Below, piece by piece: positions 56,481 to 64,000 of a DNA stretch of 64,000 nt. A program made the translations under genes and the position numbers. Within the stretch, counting starts at the first letter, position 1. Each line of letters opens with the position of its first letter. The notes beneath the pieces were generated by a model. That model made no database searches. It was not told the origin of the DNA and saw nothing but the letters and a program-made list of their open reading frames with translations. This stretch comes from Candidatus Saccharimonadales bacterium (lineage in GTDB: Bacteria; Patescibacteriota; Saccharimonadia; Saccharimonadales; DASZAF01), in the NCBI GenBank assembly GCA_035945435.1, contig DASZAF010000028.1, positions 692-64,691 on the forward strand, given 5' to 3'.

Positions 56481-57845
56481 CTACTTTAACAGATACGACG
56501 TGGCGTAATAGATGGCTGCGGCTGTCCATGCCTGGTTCTCTGAGCTCTGTTGTGGCAGGGTGGGATGATGCCACGGCTTATAGCCGCGATTAGCAGTCTC
56601 GACGAAAAGCTCGATACAGGTATCGAAGTGCGAGACCCCTCTGAGAAGCGACTCAGCCACTCTTCGTGCCTCCCCACGGTAGCCAAAGTGATCTAGGCCA
56701 CGAACGATCAGAGCCGAGACGAATGGCCAATACGTATACGGGTCTCCATGATAGTGTGTCCCCTGCTTGAACGATGCACCGAGGCTATAATCACGTATGC
56801 CTGCCTGTGGGTTAAGCATATCTGGTCGTACCAGGCGCTCGACAACATCACGAACACACCTATCGTCAACTACCGATTCATGATCATAATAGGCCCAGAG
56901 ACACATGCCAACATCTGCTGCGATGAACGGCAGACGGTGCCCGTTGCCGTCTATTGCCGGGGCGTAGTATACAAGCCCGGTCTCATCAGTAAATTTGAAG
57001 CCAGTCCTATCGTTGTTAAAACGTTCTTTCAGCTTTTCGGCCGCCTGGCGAAGTCGCTTGGCATAATGCGTATCGCGCTCAGCAAAGACATCTGCCCCAT
57101 AGCGAAGCGCCGACCATACTTCTGCATTGATAAGGACATCTTTAATCGGGTGGACGGCCAGTTTACCATCAGCAAACTGGTAGATTTGGAAAGAATCCTT
57201 CCATCCCTCATTATGGATACCGCTATATATACGTCCTGGCTGCAGATCAGCCCCCACAAAACCTGAGAGACCGTCGAACTTCCTGACGTTACTAAGACAC
57301 CAATCAAGGGCTGCCTTTAATTCCTCAATTAGCTTTTCGTTCAGCTGTCTCTTGTTGGCTCGCTGCCCGCGGATGATCGAGATGATCCAAAGAGGAGTAC
57401 TGTCTGAGCTGTCCCAGTTTTTAAGTAGCCCGTCCGCCCGGTCAACATACCAGGCGCTGTCGTTAGTAGTTACGCCATGCTCAATTCGGCTGATGGCCGG
57501 GTTCTCTTCGGCTACACTGCCGACCTCATGGGGTATCTTGCCTTTCACTTCACCAGTCTTTCGATCATCACGAGTACCCTGCCACTGGGCCAGACGCTGG
57601 AGGGCGCTATAGGCTCGACGGCTGAGCGAAGGATCACCGTCCAGTTCGCACGCAGCGTAGACAAGATCGGCGGTAATCGCCGTGTCACGCCCAAACCAAC
57701 TATGGAACTCACCAGACCAACCATGCTTCGTCGAAGCATAGATGCCCTCATCTGTCACAAGCTGGTCTAACACATGTATGGATCGCTTATGGAGTTGTTT
57801 TAGCTGTGAAGCAGATAATGCGTGTGGTTCGTCGGACATAAGCAT
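56481..57845 (-). CDS. Amylo-alpha-1,6-glucosidase family (GDE_C-like, six-hairpin) protein, paralog 1
   Basis: Motifs SWFGRDTAIT, ..GKIPHEV.., ..NQAWTAAA... Start taken at Met 57845 (the track gives 57890). Confidence 0.75.
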   Translation of the reverse strand: MLMSDEPHALSASQLKQLHKRSIHVLDQLVTDEGIYASTKHGWSGEFHSWFGRDTAITADLVYAACELDGDPSLSRRAYSALQRLAQWQGTRDDRKTGEVKGKIPHEVGSVAEENPAISRIEHGVTTNDSAWYVDRADGLLKNWDSSDSTPLWIISIIRGQRANKRQLNEKLIEELKAALDWCLSNVRKFDGLSGFVGADLQPGRIYSGIHNEGWKDSFQIYQFADGKLAVHPIKDVLINAEVWSALRYGADVFAERDTHYAKRLRQAAEKLKERFNNDRTGFKFTDETGLVYYAPAIDGNGHRLPFIAADVGMCLWAYYDHESVVDDRCVRDVVERLVRPDMLNPQAGIRDYSLGASFKQGTHYHGDPYTYWPFVSALIVRGLDHFGYRGEARRVAESLLRGVSHFDTCIELFVETANRGYKPWHHPTLPQQSSENQAWTAAAIYYATSYLLK

Positions 57846-57899
57846 ATTGTAATACCTTATACTCCCAATGCGTATGTTCTTAGATAACATTGTGGTGTA

Positions 57900-59639
57900 T
57901 TGTCACAGTATATGTCACGGGTTGATGTGGGGTTACCCACAGAACCGCTCCTCAACGCTCCGAGGGAGATGGGAGAGCCGTTGCCAGACAAGCGCTGGCG
58001 AGTACGTCGTCTACAACCGTATATTCTATCGTCACCCGCCGAAAAGGTAGTACGGATTGTCTCTGTGCCACGGCCCTCGCAGAACAAGTACCCGTCTGCC
58101 GTCAAAGCCATGCTGTGGTTAACGGGTGCTCAATCTAGGGCCGAGATTGGCAAGCATGGACCGGCAGTCGCTTCACTCCCGTTCCCCGAACACGGGGACG
58201 AACCCAACCTTAATAAGTTCGGGCATGTCTTTGGCCGCGACAGTCTCATCATTGGTCTGGCTGCACAGGAGGTGTACCCCAATTTACTGCCAACCACCCT
58301 TCGCTACGTTGCCACTAAGCAGGGAATCAGGAACGATCCAGTCAGTGGTGAGCAGACCGGTAAGATCTTTCACGATGATAACGACCCCGAAAGTCCACTC
58401 GGTCGTAAGTTTATGGAGCTCTTTGGTTGGAAGTTCCCATTTTATGCCACCGTCGATGCGACACCACTCTTCATTCAAGGCATCCACCGGGTTCTCAATA
58501 GACACGATCCCGACTTTCTCAGTCGCCCCTACGAGGCCAGGGATGGATTCACTAGAACCATGGCTTCGGCATTTTTCCAAAGCGCCATGTGGCTCCTTCG
58601 AGAAACAAACAGTCGATCAGGTAACGAGGAGGGACTCCTTGAATTCGGACCGATCGAAGCAAAGGGTATGGAGAGTAAGTCGTGGAAGGATAGCTACCAT
58701 GCCTACTGCCATGAAGACGAGACAATTGCTAACTACGGACGTGGCATCGCTTCACTTGAGGCGCAGGCTTACGCGTATGATGCTCTGCTTGACGCCGCCG
58801 ACATCTACAGGGGCCTCGGTAACCACGGTATAGCCCGAGCATTTGCTACTCGTGCCGAACAGCTTCGGCAGATCGTTCTTGAGACTTTCTGGGTTGAAGA
58901 CGAACACGGGGGGTACTTTGCTTCTGGGACCGACCGAGATGACTCCGGTCGACTGCGAGTTATGAGAGTACGTACTTCGAGCATGGGCCATCTTCTTAAC
59001 TCTCGGATCCTCGATGGTAACGATCCAGAAGTCGTCCGGAGGCGAGAAGCAGTTATTAGAACCCTCTTCACCAAGGAGATGTTCGCACCGACCGGTATAC
59101 GGACCATGGGTAGTGGAGAGGTGCTCTTTAACCCAACTTCCTATCACAATGGTGGCATTTGGCCATGGGACAATGGCTGGATCGCCCTTGGTCTTGAACG
59201 GCATGGATATAATGGCCTTGCCTGGAAGATATGGGAGACAATGCTCACCGATATCAATGCTACGCGATGCTTCCCAGAAGTCTTACGTGGTGGCGATCGC
59301 CTGAAACCAACGCTCAATAAGAAAGCAGTGTACGTCCATAACAAAGCGCTTGATATGACTTACCTACTTGAACGACCTCCACAGGAGATTCAAGGTTGGA
59401 CGACCATCATGGCCCTACTCGCCAAGCGAAGAAACAACCCCCTCGTTGGTCGCGAGACCTACACGCGGCTGCATCAAGCTACTGACACTGACAAGCGAGC
59501 ACTGGAAGAAGACCTGTTGGCGAATCTATCATACAAGCCTAAAGTTATCGACATAAGCTGGTATATTAGAAACAGAAGATGGAGAGAAAGCAGTCATGAA
59601 AGCAATTTGGAAAGACAGAGTAATCGCCGAGTCGCCTAA
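57900..59639 (+). CDS. Amylo-alpha-1,6-glucosidase family (GDE_C-like) protein, paralog 2
   Basis: Motifs HVFGRDSLIIGL, GKIFHDDN, YHNGGIWPWDNGWIALGLERHG, QGWTTIMAL. TTG 57900 or ATG 57912 may be the start. The last 44 nt overlap the DUF427 gene. Confidence 0.75.
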   Translation: MSQYMSRVDVGLPTEPLLNAPREMGEPLPDKRWRVRRLQPYILSSPAEKVVRIVSVPRPSQNKYPSAVKAMLWLTGAQSRAEIGKHGPAVASLPFPEHGDEPNLNKFGHVFGRDSLIIGLAAQEVYPNLLPTTLRYVATKQGIRNDPVSGEQTGKIFHDDNDPESPLGRKFMELFGWKFPFYATVDATPLFIQGIHRVLNRHDPDFLSRPYEARDGFTRTMASAFFQSAMWLLRETNSRSGNEEGLLEFGPIEAKGMESKSWKDSYHAYCHEDETIANYGRGIASLEAQAYAYDALLDAADIYRGLGNHGIARAFATRAEQLRQIVLETFWVEDEHGGYFASGTDRDDSGRLRVMRVRTSSMGHLLNSRILDGNDPEVVRRREAVIRTLFTKEMFAPTGIRTMGSGEVLFNPTSYHNGGIWPWDNGWIALGLERHGYNGLAWKIWETMLTDINATRCFPEVLRGGDRLKPTLNKKAVYVHNKALDMTYLLERPPQEIQGWTTIMALLAKRRNNPLVGRETYTRLHQATDTDKRALEEDLLANLSYKPKVIDISWYIRNRRWRESSHESNLERQSNRRVA

Positions 59640-59901
59640 AGAAGACCTTATATATATTGAGAGCAACTGGTACTTTCCGCCCTCAAGTGTTAAGAAAGAG
59701 TTCTTAAAAGAAAGCTCCACCCCATACACTTGCCCATGGAAAGGTGAATGCCAGTACTTTGACGTTGGCGATGGCAAGGAGTGGTCCAAGGACAACGCCT
59801 GGACATATCCTGAGCCAAAACCTACCGCTATTGAGATTGTGAAAAAAGACTTCAGCAACTACGTCGCCTTCTGGCGTGATGTAAAAGTTACCGAAGACTA
59901 A
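59596..59901 (+). CDS. DUF427 domain protein
   Basis: 101 aa. WKDRVIAESPKEDLIYIESNWYFPPSSV...TPYTCPWKGECQYFDV...DNAWTYPEP is the characteristic DUF427 pattern. Confidence 0.8.
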   Translation: MKAIWKDRVIAESPKEDLIYIESNWYFPPSSVKKEFLKESSTPYTCPWKGECQYFDVGDGKEWSKDNAWTYPEPKPTAIEIVKKDFSNYVAFWRDVKVTED

Positions 59902-59921
59902 AAGTATTGTACAATGTGCCT

Positions 59922-61025
59922 ATGCATATCGTGCGAAGACTCTTAATCGGACTGTTCGCATCACTACTCTCTATCGCACTCTTTGCACTGGGTGGAGCCT
60001 GGGCTTTCCATCATGTCTTCGGCTCACCCAAACCACTAGAGAGCGCTCTAGCATCCAGCGGGCTATACAGTAATTTAGTGCCGACACTTATCAACGAAGA
60101 GGCTAACGGTAGCAGCACCCAGGGCCAGAACACATATATTAGCCAGCCAGCTGTACAAGCGGCTATCAAACAGTCGTTCCCGCCCTCACTTGTCCAGCAA
60201 GACGCCAACCAAGCTATCAACGCAACCTATACCTGGCTTCAAGGAACAACTAACAATCTCAACTTTAGCGTTGACCTTTCCCAGGCTACCAATAACCTGG
60301 CCAACAATGTCGGTAACTATCTCCAGGCACGCCTGAATGGGCTTCCAACTTGCAACACACTCGCTGAGATTCAAGCGGATCAGGCTAACCCAAACCCCTT
60401 CACTGTCACCTGCCTGCCACCCGGCTTCGATACTGCCACATCTATACAGCAAGTTAAGCAGTCAATCACCAGCAGCAACTCATTCCTCAGTAATCCGAAA
60501 CTGACCTCGGATAATATCAAAGCATCAAACGGTAAATCACTCAGCAACCAGCTGCATGCGGCACCTAAAGCGTACGGCTTGTCAGTTAAAGGCATCTATA
60601 TCGATGCGGCAGCAGTTGTCTTACTTAGCATCGCAATTGTCTTTCTCTATATTGATCGCTTAAAAGGTGTCCGGCGTGTTGGATTCCACTTCATATATGT
60701 TGGCGTGGTAAGCGCCGGCATTGCTTTACTTGTTGGTTTCGCTTTGAAGCAGCTAACTAACAAAATCCACCTGACTATCGTTGGCAAGCAGGTTGTCGAG
60801 AGCAACCTGGTTACTGCCGCCAATACGTTAGTTGATGACTTTAAAAACTTTTGGATATGGTATGGAGTCGGGCTAGTCGTTATCGGTTTTGTGTTAGTCG
60901 TTGGGGAGCATCTCGTAAGAAAGAAACTCAAGATCACACCAGTTACCCCGGATGAAGCAAGTCATTCTCACGGCAGCAAAGCCGCACACGCTACAGGTTC
61001 CAGGGACTTCCTAAAAGAATCTTAA
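59922..61025 (+). CDS. Hypothetical membrane protein (N-terminal TM, ~190-aa external domain, 3 C-terminal TM)
   Basis: The track start is TTG 59907, with the first ATG at 59922. TM helices LLIGLFASLLSIALFALGGAW, AAAVVLLSIAIVFLYI, FIYVGVVSAGIALLVGFAL and IWYGVGLVVIGFVLVVG. Confidence 0.6.
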   Translation: MHIVRRLLIGLFASLLSIALFALGGAWAFHHVFGSPKPLESALASSGLYSNLVPTLINEEANGSSTQGQNTYISQPAVQAAIKQSFPPSLVQQDANQAINATYTWLQGTTNNLNFSVDLSQATNNLANNVGNYLQARLNGLPTCNTLAEIQADQANPNPFTVTCLPPGFDTATSIQQVKQSITSSNSFLSNPKLTSDNIKASNGKSLSNQLHAAPKAYGLSVKGIYIDAAAVVLLSIAIVFLYIDRLKGVRRVGFHFIYVGVVSAGIALLVGFALKQLTNKIHLTIVGKQVVESNLVTAANTLVDDFKNFWIWYGVGLVVIGFVLVVGEHLVRKKLKITPVTPDEASHSHGSKAAHATGSRDFLKES

Positions 61026-63355
61026 TCGTCTTCTGATTCTGCCCAGCTACCGTGCTTGGTCGGCCACCAGTTGAGCTTACCAAGAAGGACAACGGTTGAC
61101 GGGACAAGTAGAGTTCGTACTAGGAAGGTGTCCAGTAGAATACCAAGTGCTAAACCGACACCAATATCTTTAATTTCGTCTGAACTGCTGCCGCCTACGA
61201 TCGCGAATACAGCGAAGGTGCCGGCTAGTACTAAACCAGCCGAGGTGACCGTCGTTCCTGTCGTAGTAAGGGCTTGAGAGACGGCCTTACGAAGCGGCAG
61301 GCCATGAGCTTCTTCACGGATACGAGTCATAACCAGAATATTGTAGTCCTCACCGAGAGCCAGCAAGAAGATGAACATCAAGAATGGCAGGACAAAGCTT
61401 AGACCGCTCTGGTGATCAATAAGCATGAAGGCAATGACCGAAACTCCGAGAGCAGCCAAATACGAAAGAGCAACCGACACGATGAGGTAGAGCGGAGCCA
61501 CAAGACTCCGGAGTAGGACAGCGAGTAATATGCCGATAACAACGATGGCGACCGGGATAGATTTTCGAAGGTCGCTATTCGAGATAGTACTGATATCGTA
61601 GAGTGCTGTCGGTTCGCCAATAACGCCGTTATTGGTCGCGTGAACATTGTCAGCAATCTGCTGGACTCTCGCTCTAACCGACGGCGTGGCGTTTAGGGCT
61701 GCGGTTGAACTTGGATCGCCCGCTGTCAGGTTAACCGCAAACTCTACGGTCTTACCATCCGAGCTAATGAAGTTGGCCAGTACATGGTAGAGCTCATACT
61801 CCTTCATGAGAACCGGCGAGGCCAGTACATCTGCGGGTGGTTTTGAGGAGTTCTGCATGCTCGCAAGCGAGATAGAGCCAAACTGCTTGTGTAGTTTAGT
61901 AATCTCTAGTGGAGTTATCTTTATGCCATTGAGATTAAGTGGACCATTCACGTCGTTAAATTGAGAGGAAGCTTCTAACTCTGACTGTATAGTCGCAAGC
62001 GGGGCGGGGTTTTGCCATGCAGATTGCGGAAGGACAAAAAGGACAGCCGTCGGGTTGGCGCTGCTGCTCGGGTAGTGTTTCGTAAGCAGGGCATTTCCTT
62101 TGGCGGAATCGCTCCCCGACGGAGAGGTTGTCGTCCCACCAAAGCCGCCCGACTGATAGTGTAGGACAAAGAGCGCCAGACAACCAAAGACGGCTACACC
62201 CGCCACAAGCACCGGCACCGGACGCTGTATAACTGAGGCGGCAATCCTGCCCCAGATACCAGATTTCTTATTGGCATTCTTGTAGCGCTTTGACGGCCAG
62301 AAGACGGCACGACCTAAGATAGCGAGGAGGGCAGGCAACAGGGTTAGACCGGCTAGTAACATCAAGCCGATGCCAATGGCTAGCGGAGCGCCAAGCGTTG
62401 AGTAGAGCTGGAAGGTGGCGAGAAGAAGTGAGAGTAAAGCTGCCACAACAGTCGCAGCTGAAAAGGTGATCGACTCCCCGACTCGGCTTAGTGCCTTAAC
62501 GATTGCCTCCTTAGGAGCCAGACCTCCCTGCAGTTCTTCACGAACGCGGAAGATAAGGAAGAGGCCGTAGTCGGTACCGGCACCCAAGACAAGAACGGTC
62601 AGAAGCAGCTGTGCTAAAGATGAAACCTTAAGCCCATGTTGTGCAGCTTCGGCGATGATTGGACCTGAGAGCAAGACGACGAGAAAAGGCGGGATTAAGG
62701 TAACAATCGGAGCAAGTGGTGCCCTAAAGATAAGGAGAAGCAGGACAATAATAAAGGCGACGGCACCGAGTTGGAGCTGCGAGTTGGTTGAGCCTGACTT
62801 CTTACTATTGTCTACTTCGGTAGCCACCTGACCAGTCAGGTGCACTTGAAGATCTTTGGGCATCGGCGTTTTGCTGATTGTGCTGCGAATACTATTTACA
62901 AGCGGAGTCGGATCGGTGTTACTGCTGCTTGCCGCTTCCAGATAGAGCTGTGTAGCCTGCCCGTCCGCAGAGTCGCCTTCATTGCGGACCTCTTTAACAC
63001 CCGAGACGTGGCTCAGGGCCGTACTGAGGTTGCTGATGGCTGCCTGATCACTCTGGCTTAGTTGAGCCCCATTGTTGGTAGCAACGATAACAGGTATCGA
63101 CGCGGCATTAGCCGATTTGCCAAATGCATTGGATAACAAGTTGATAGCCTTTTGGCTCGGGGCACTTGATGGTAGAAAGGAGTTGTTGTTTGACTGAGTA
63201 ACGTCTGAAAGCGATGGAAGATAGTGAATAGAGGAATAGACCCCGACAATCCAAACCAATAAGATCAGCCAACGGAAACGGACCGAGAACCTACCGATTG
63301 CACCAAAGAGTTGAAATCCTTTTTGTTTGACGTTTCCCTGCTTCTGTTCGCTCAT
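61022..63355 (-). CDS. MMPL-family (RND superfamily) membrane transporter
   Basis: 777 aa. Duplicated architecture of TM, external domain, then a 5-TM bundle. Motifs LGAGTDYGLFLIFRVREE and LALGEDYNILVMTRIREE are typical of MMPL/YdfJ proteins. Confidence 0.9.
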   Translation of the reverse strand: MSEQKQGNVKQKGFQLFGAIGRFSVRFRWLILLVWIVGVYSSIHYLPSLSDVTQSNNNSFLPSSAPSQKAINLLSNAFGKSANAASIPVIVATNNGAQLSQSDQAAISNLSTALSHVSGVKEVRNEGDSADGQATQLYLEAASSSNTDPTPLVNSIRSTISKTPMPKDLQVHLTGQVATEVDNSKKSGSTNSQLQLGAVAFIIVLLLLIFRAPLAPIVTLIPPFLVVLLSGPIIAEAAQHGLKVSSLAQLLLTVLVLGAGTDYGLFLIFRVREELQGGLAPKEAIVKALSRVGESITFSAATVVAALLSLLLATFQLYSTLGAPLAIGIGLMLLAGLTLLPALLAILGRAVFWPSKRYKNANKKSGIWGRIAASVIQRPVPVLVAGVAVFGCLALFVLHYQSGGFGGTTTSPSGSDSAKGNALLTKHYPSSSANPTAVLFVLPQSAWQNPAPLATIQSELEASSQFNDVNGPLNLNGIKITPLEITKLHKQFGSISLASMQNSSKPPADVLASPVLMKEYELYHVLANFISSDGKTVEFAVNLTAGDPSSTAALNATPSVRARVQQIADNVHATNNGVIGEPTALYDISTISNSDLRKSIPVAIVVIGILLAVLLRSLVAPLYLIVSVALSYLAALGVSVIAFMLIDHQSGLSFVLPFLMFIFLLALGEDYNILVMTRIREEAHGLPLRKAVSQALTTTGTTVTSAGLVLAGTFAVFAIVGGSSSDEIKDIGVGLALGILLDTFLVRTLLVPSTVVLLGKLNWWPTKHGSWAESEDD

Positions 63356-63359
63356 TCGA

Positions 63360-63632
63360 TTATTCTTTTCCTTTATTTAAGTTCTTGCTATTCTCTTTCA
63401 GCTCTTTGGCCGACTCAATAACCATGCCCAGTTTAGTCTGCATGCCCTCGATCATTTCCTCGAGGGTCTCCGCTTTCATTAGCATCATAACGCAGCCGCG
63501 TGGATTACGTACTACTATCAGTTTATCACCCTCTTTGAGTTTCATTTCGTCACGGGCACTAGCTGGAATAACAATCTGCCCCTTTGTCCCAACTGTCGCT
63601 GAGCCATAGAACTTAAAGCCGTCAAACATCAT
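63360..63632 (-). CDS. AbrB/MazE/SpoVT-family small DNA-binding protein
   Basis: 90 aa. TVGTKGQIVIPASARDEMKLKEGDKLIVV is the swapped-hairpin SpoVT-AbrB motif. It ends 4 nt before the MMPL start codon. Confidence 0.75.
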   Translation of the reverse strand: MMFDGFKFYGSATVGTKGQIVIPASARDEMKLKEGDKLIVVRNPRGCVMMLMKAETLEEMIEGMQTKLGMVIESAKELKENSKNLNKGKE

Positions 63633-63738
63633 GCCGCGTTTCCTCTTTAACTAAGTTAATTTGTATCACTAATCATACTAAGAATACCTTTGTATTATAC
63701 AGGAACTACCACGACCCACATGGTAGTATTGAAACAAT

Positions 63739-64000
63739 ATGCCTCTAAGCACAAAGCGACGCACGACGCCGGCTAAACGCAGTCGGGCCACGGGAATAAT
63801 TAAAAACCCCAAACTGCAGCGCATCTATCTGGCAATCTCACTCACCGCTCTCCTGGCGAGCTGTCTTTACTGGGCCTATCTCGGCGCACGGGTCCAGCAG
63901 ACCAACGCTGATCAATTGGTTAGCTCCTTCTTATTCAAGAATCTGGCCACTTTTCACGGAGCGTATATATCGGGCCAGCATACCTTCCTGCTGAAATGGC
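63739..64000 (+). CDS. Hypothetical membrane protein, N-terminal fragment (continues beyond the window)
   Basis: My translation from ATG 63739 reads MPLSTKRRTTPAKRSRATGIIKNPKLQRIYLAISLTALLASCLYWAYLGARVQQ... It stays open to the window end. Basic N-terminus plus a TM helix. Confidence 0.5.
   Translation, partial: MPLSTKRRTTPAKRSRATGIIKNPKLQRIYLAISLTALLASCLYWAYLGARVQQTNADQLVSSFLFKNLATFHGAYISGQHTFLLKW

Noticed and set aside
58126-58833. 235-aa plus-strand alternate-frame ORF inside GDE-like paralog 2
   Set aside because: The overlapping frame starting at 57900 carries the family motifs (FGRDS, GGIWPWDNGW). The alternate frame is Ser/Arg/Leu-rich noise.

Overview
Compact chromosomal segment, visually about 50% GC, with about 60 genes and many 1-26 nt gene overlaps. 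TGA is used as a stop codon, so the standard code applies. No rRNA, tRNA, CRISPR array, transposase or integrase was found. All calls rest on reading the six-frame translations and recalling conserved family motifs. No database search was run.

The gene content suggests a reduced-genome bacterium, probably Patescibacteria/CPR and Saccharibacteria-like. The clues are an archaeal-type AspRS, short F1 subunits, and many N-terminally anchored Ser/Thr/Asn/Gln-rich proteins of unknown function. This taxonomic call is inference only.

Recognisable content:
- A partial GH37 trehalase at the left edge.
- An ABC-2 exporter pair, a murC-like ligase and a Cys-free MutY-like glycosylase.
- aspS, a DHA2 MFS pump and an NRAMP-type transporter.
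- A divergent sigma-70 factor and a GreA-like factor.
- A MacB/FtsX-type ABC system.
- A beta-lactamase-fold hydrolase, a lipase-like hydrolase and a GNAT acetyltransferase.
- An atpF-H-A-G-D-C operon with no canonical a or c subunit genes.
- An alpha-glucan/trehalose cluster: GH13, GT4, two divergent amylo-alpha-1,6-glucosidase-like paralogs and DUF427.
- An MMPL transporter preceded by a small AbrB-like gene.

The dominant feature is one 13,257-nt ORF (38999-52255) encoding a 4,418-aa N-terminally anchored mosaic protein. It combines tail-fibre-like motifs, repeated ~158-aa units, FN3-like modules, lectin/CBM-like modules and a seven-blade LVIVD-like propeller. It is the best candidate for a novel surface or host-attachment system.

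Secondary leads:
- The unusual membrane sector of the ATP synthase operon.
- A divergent pair of DUF4082-like and tail-protein-like genes that share a C-terminal motif.
- A sigma factor lacking the promoter-melting aromatic residues.
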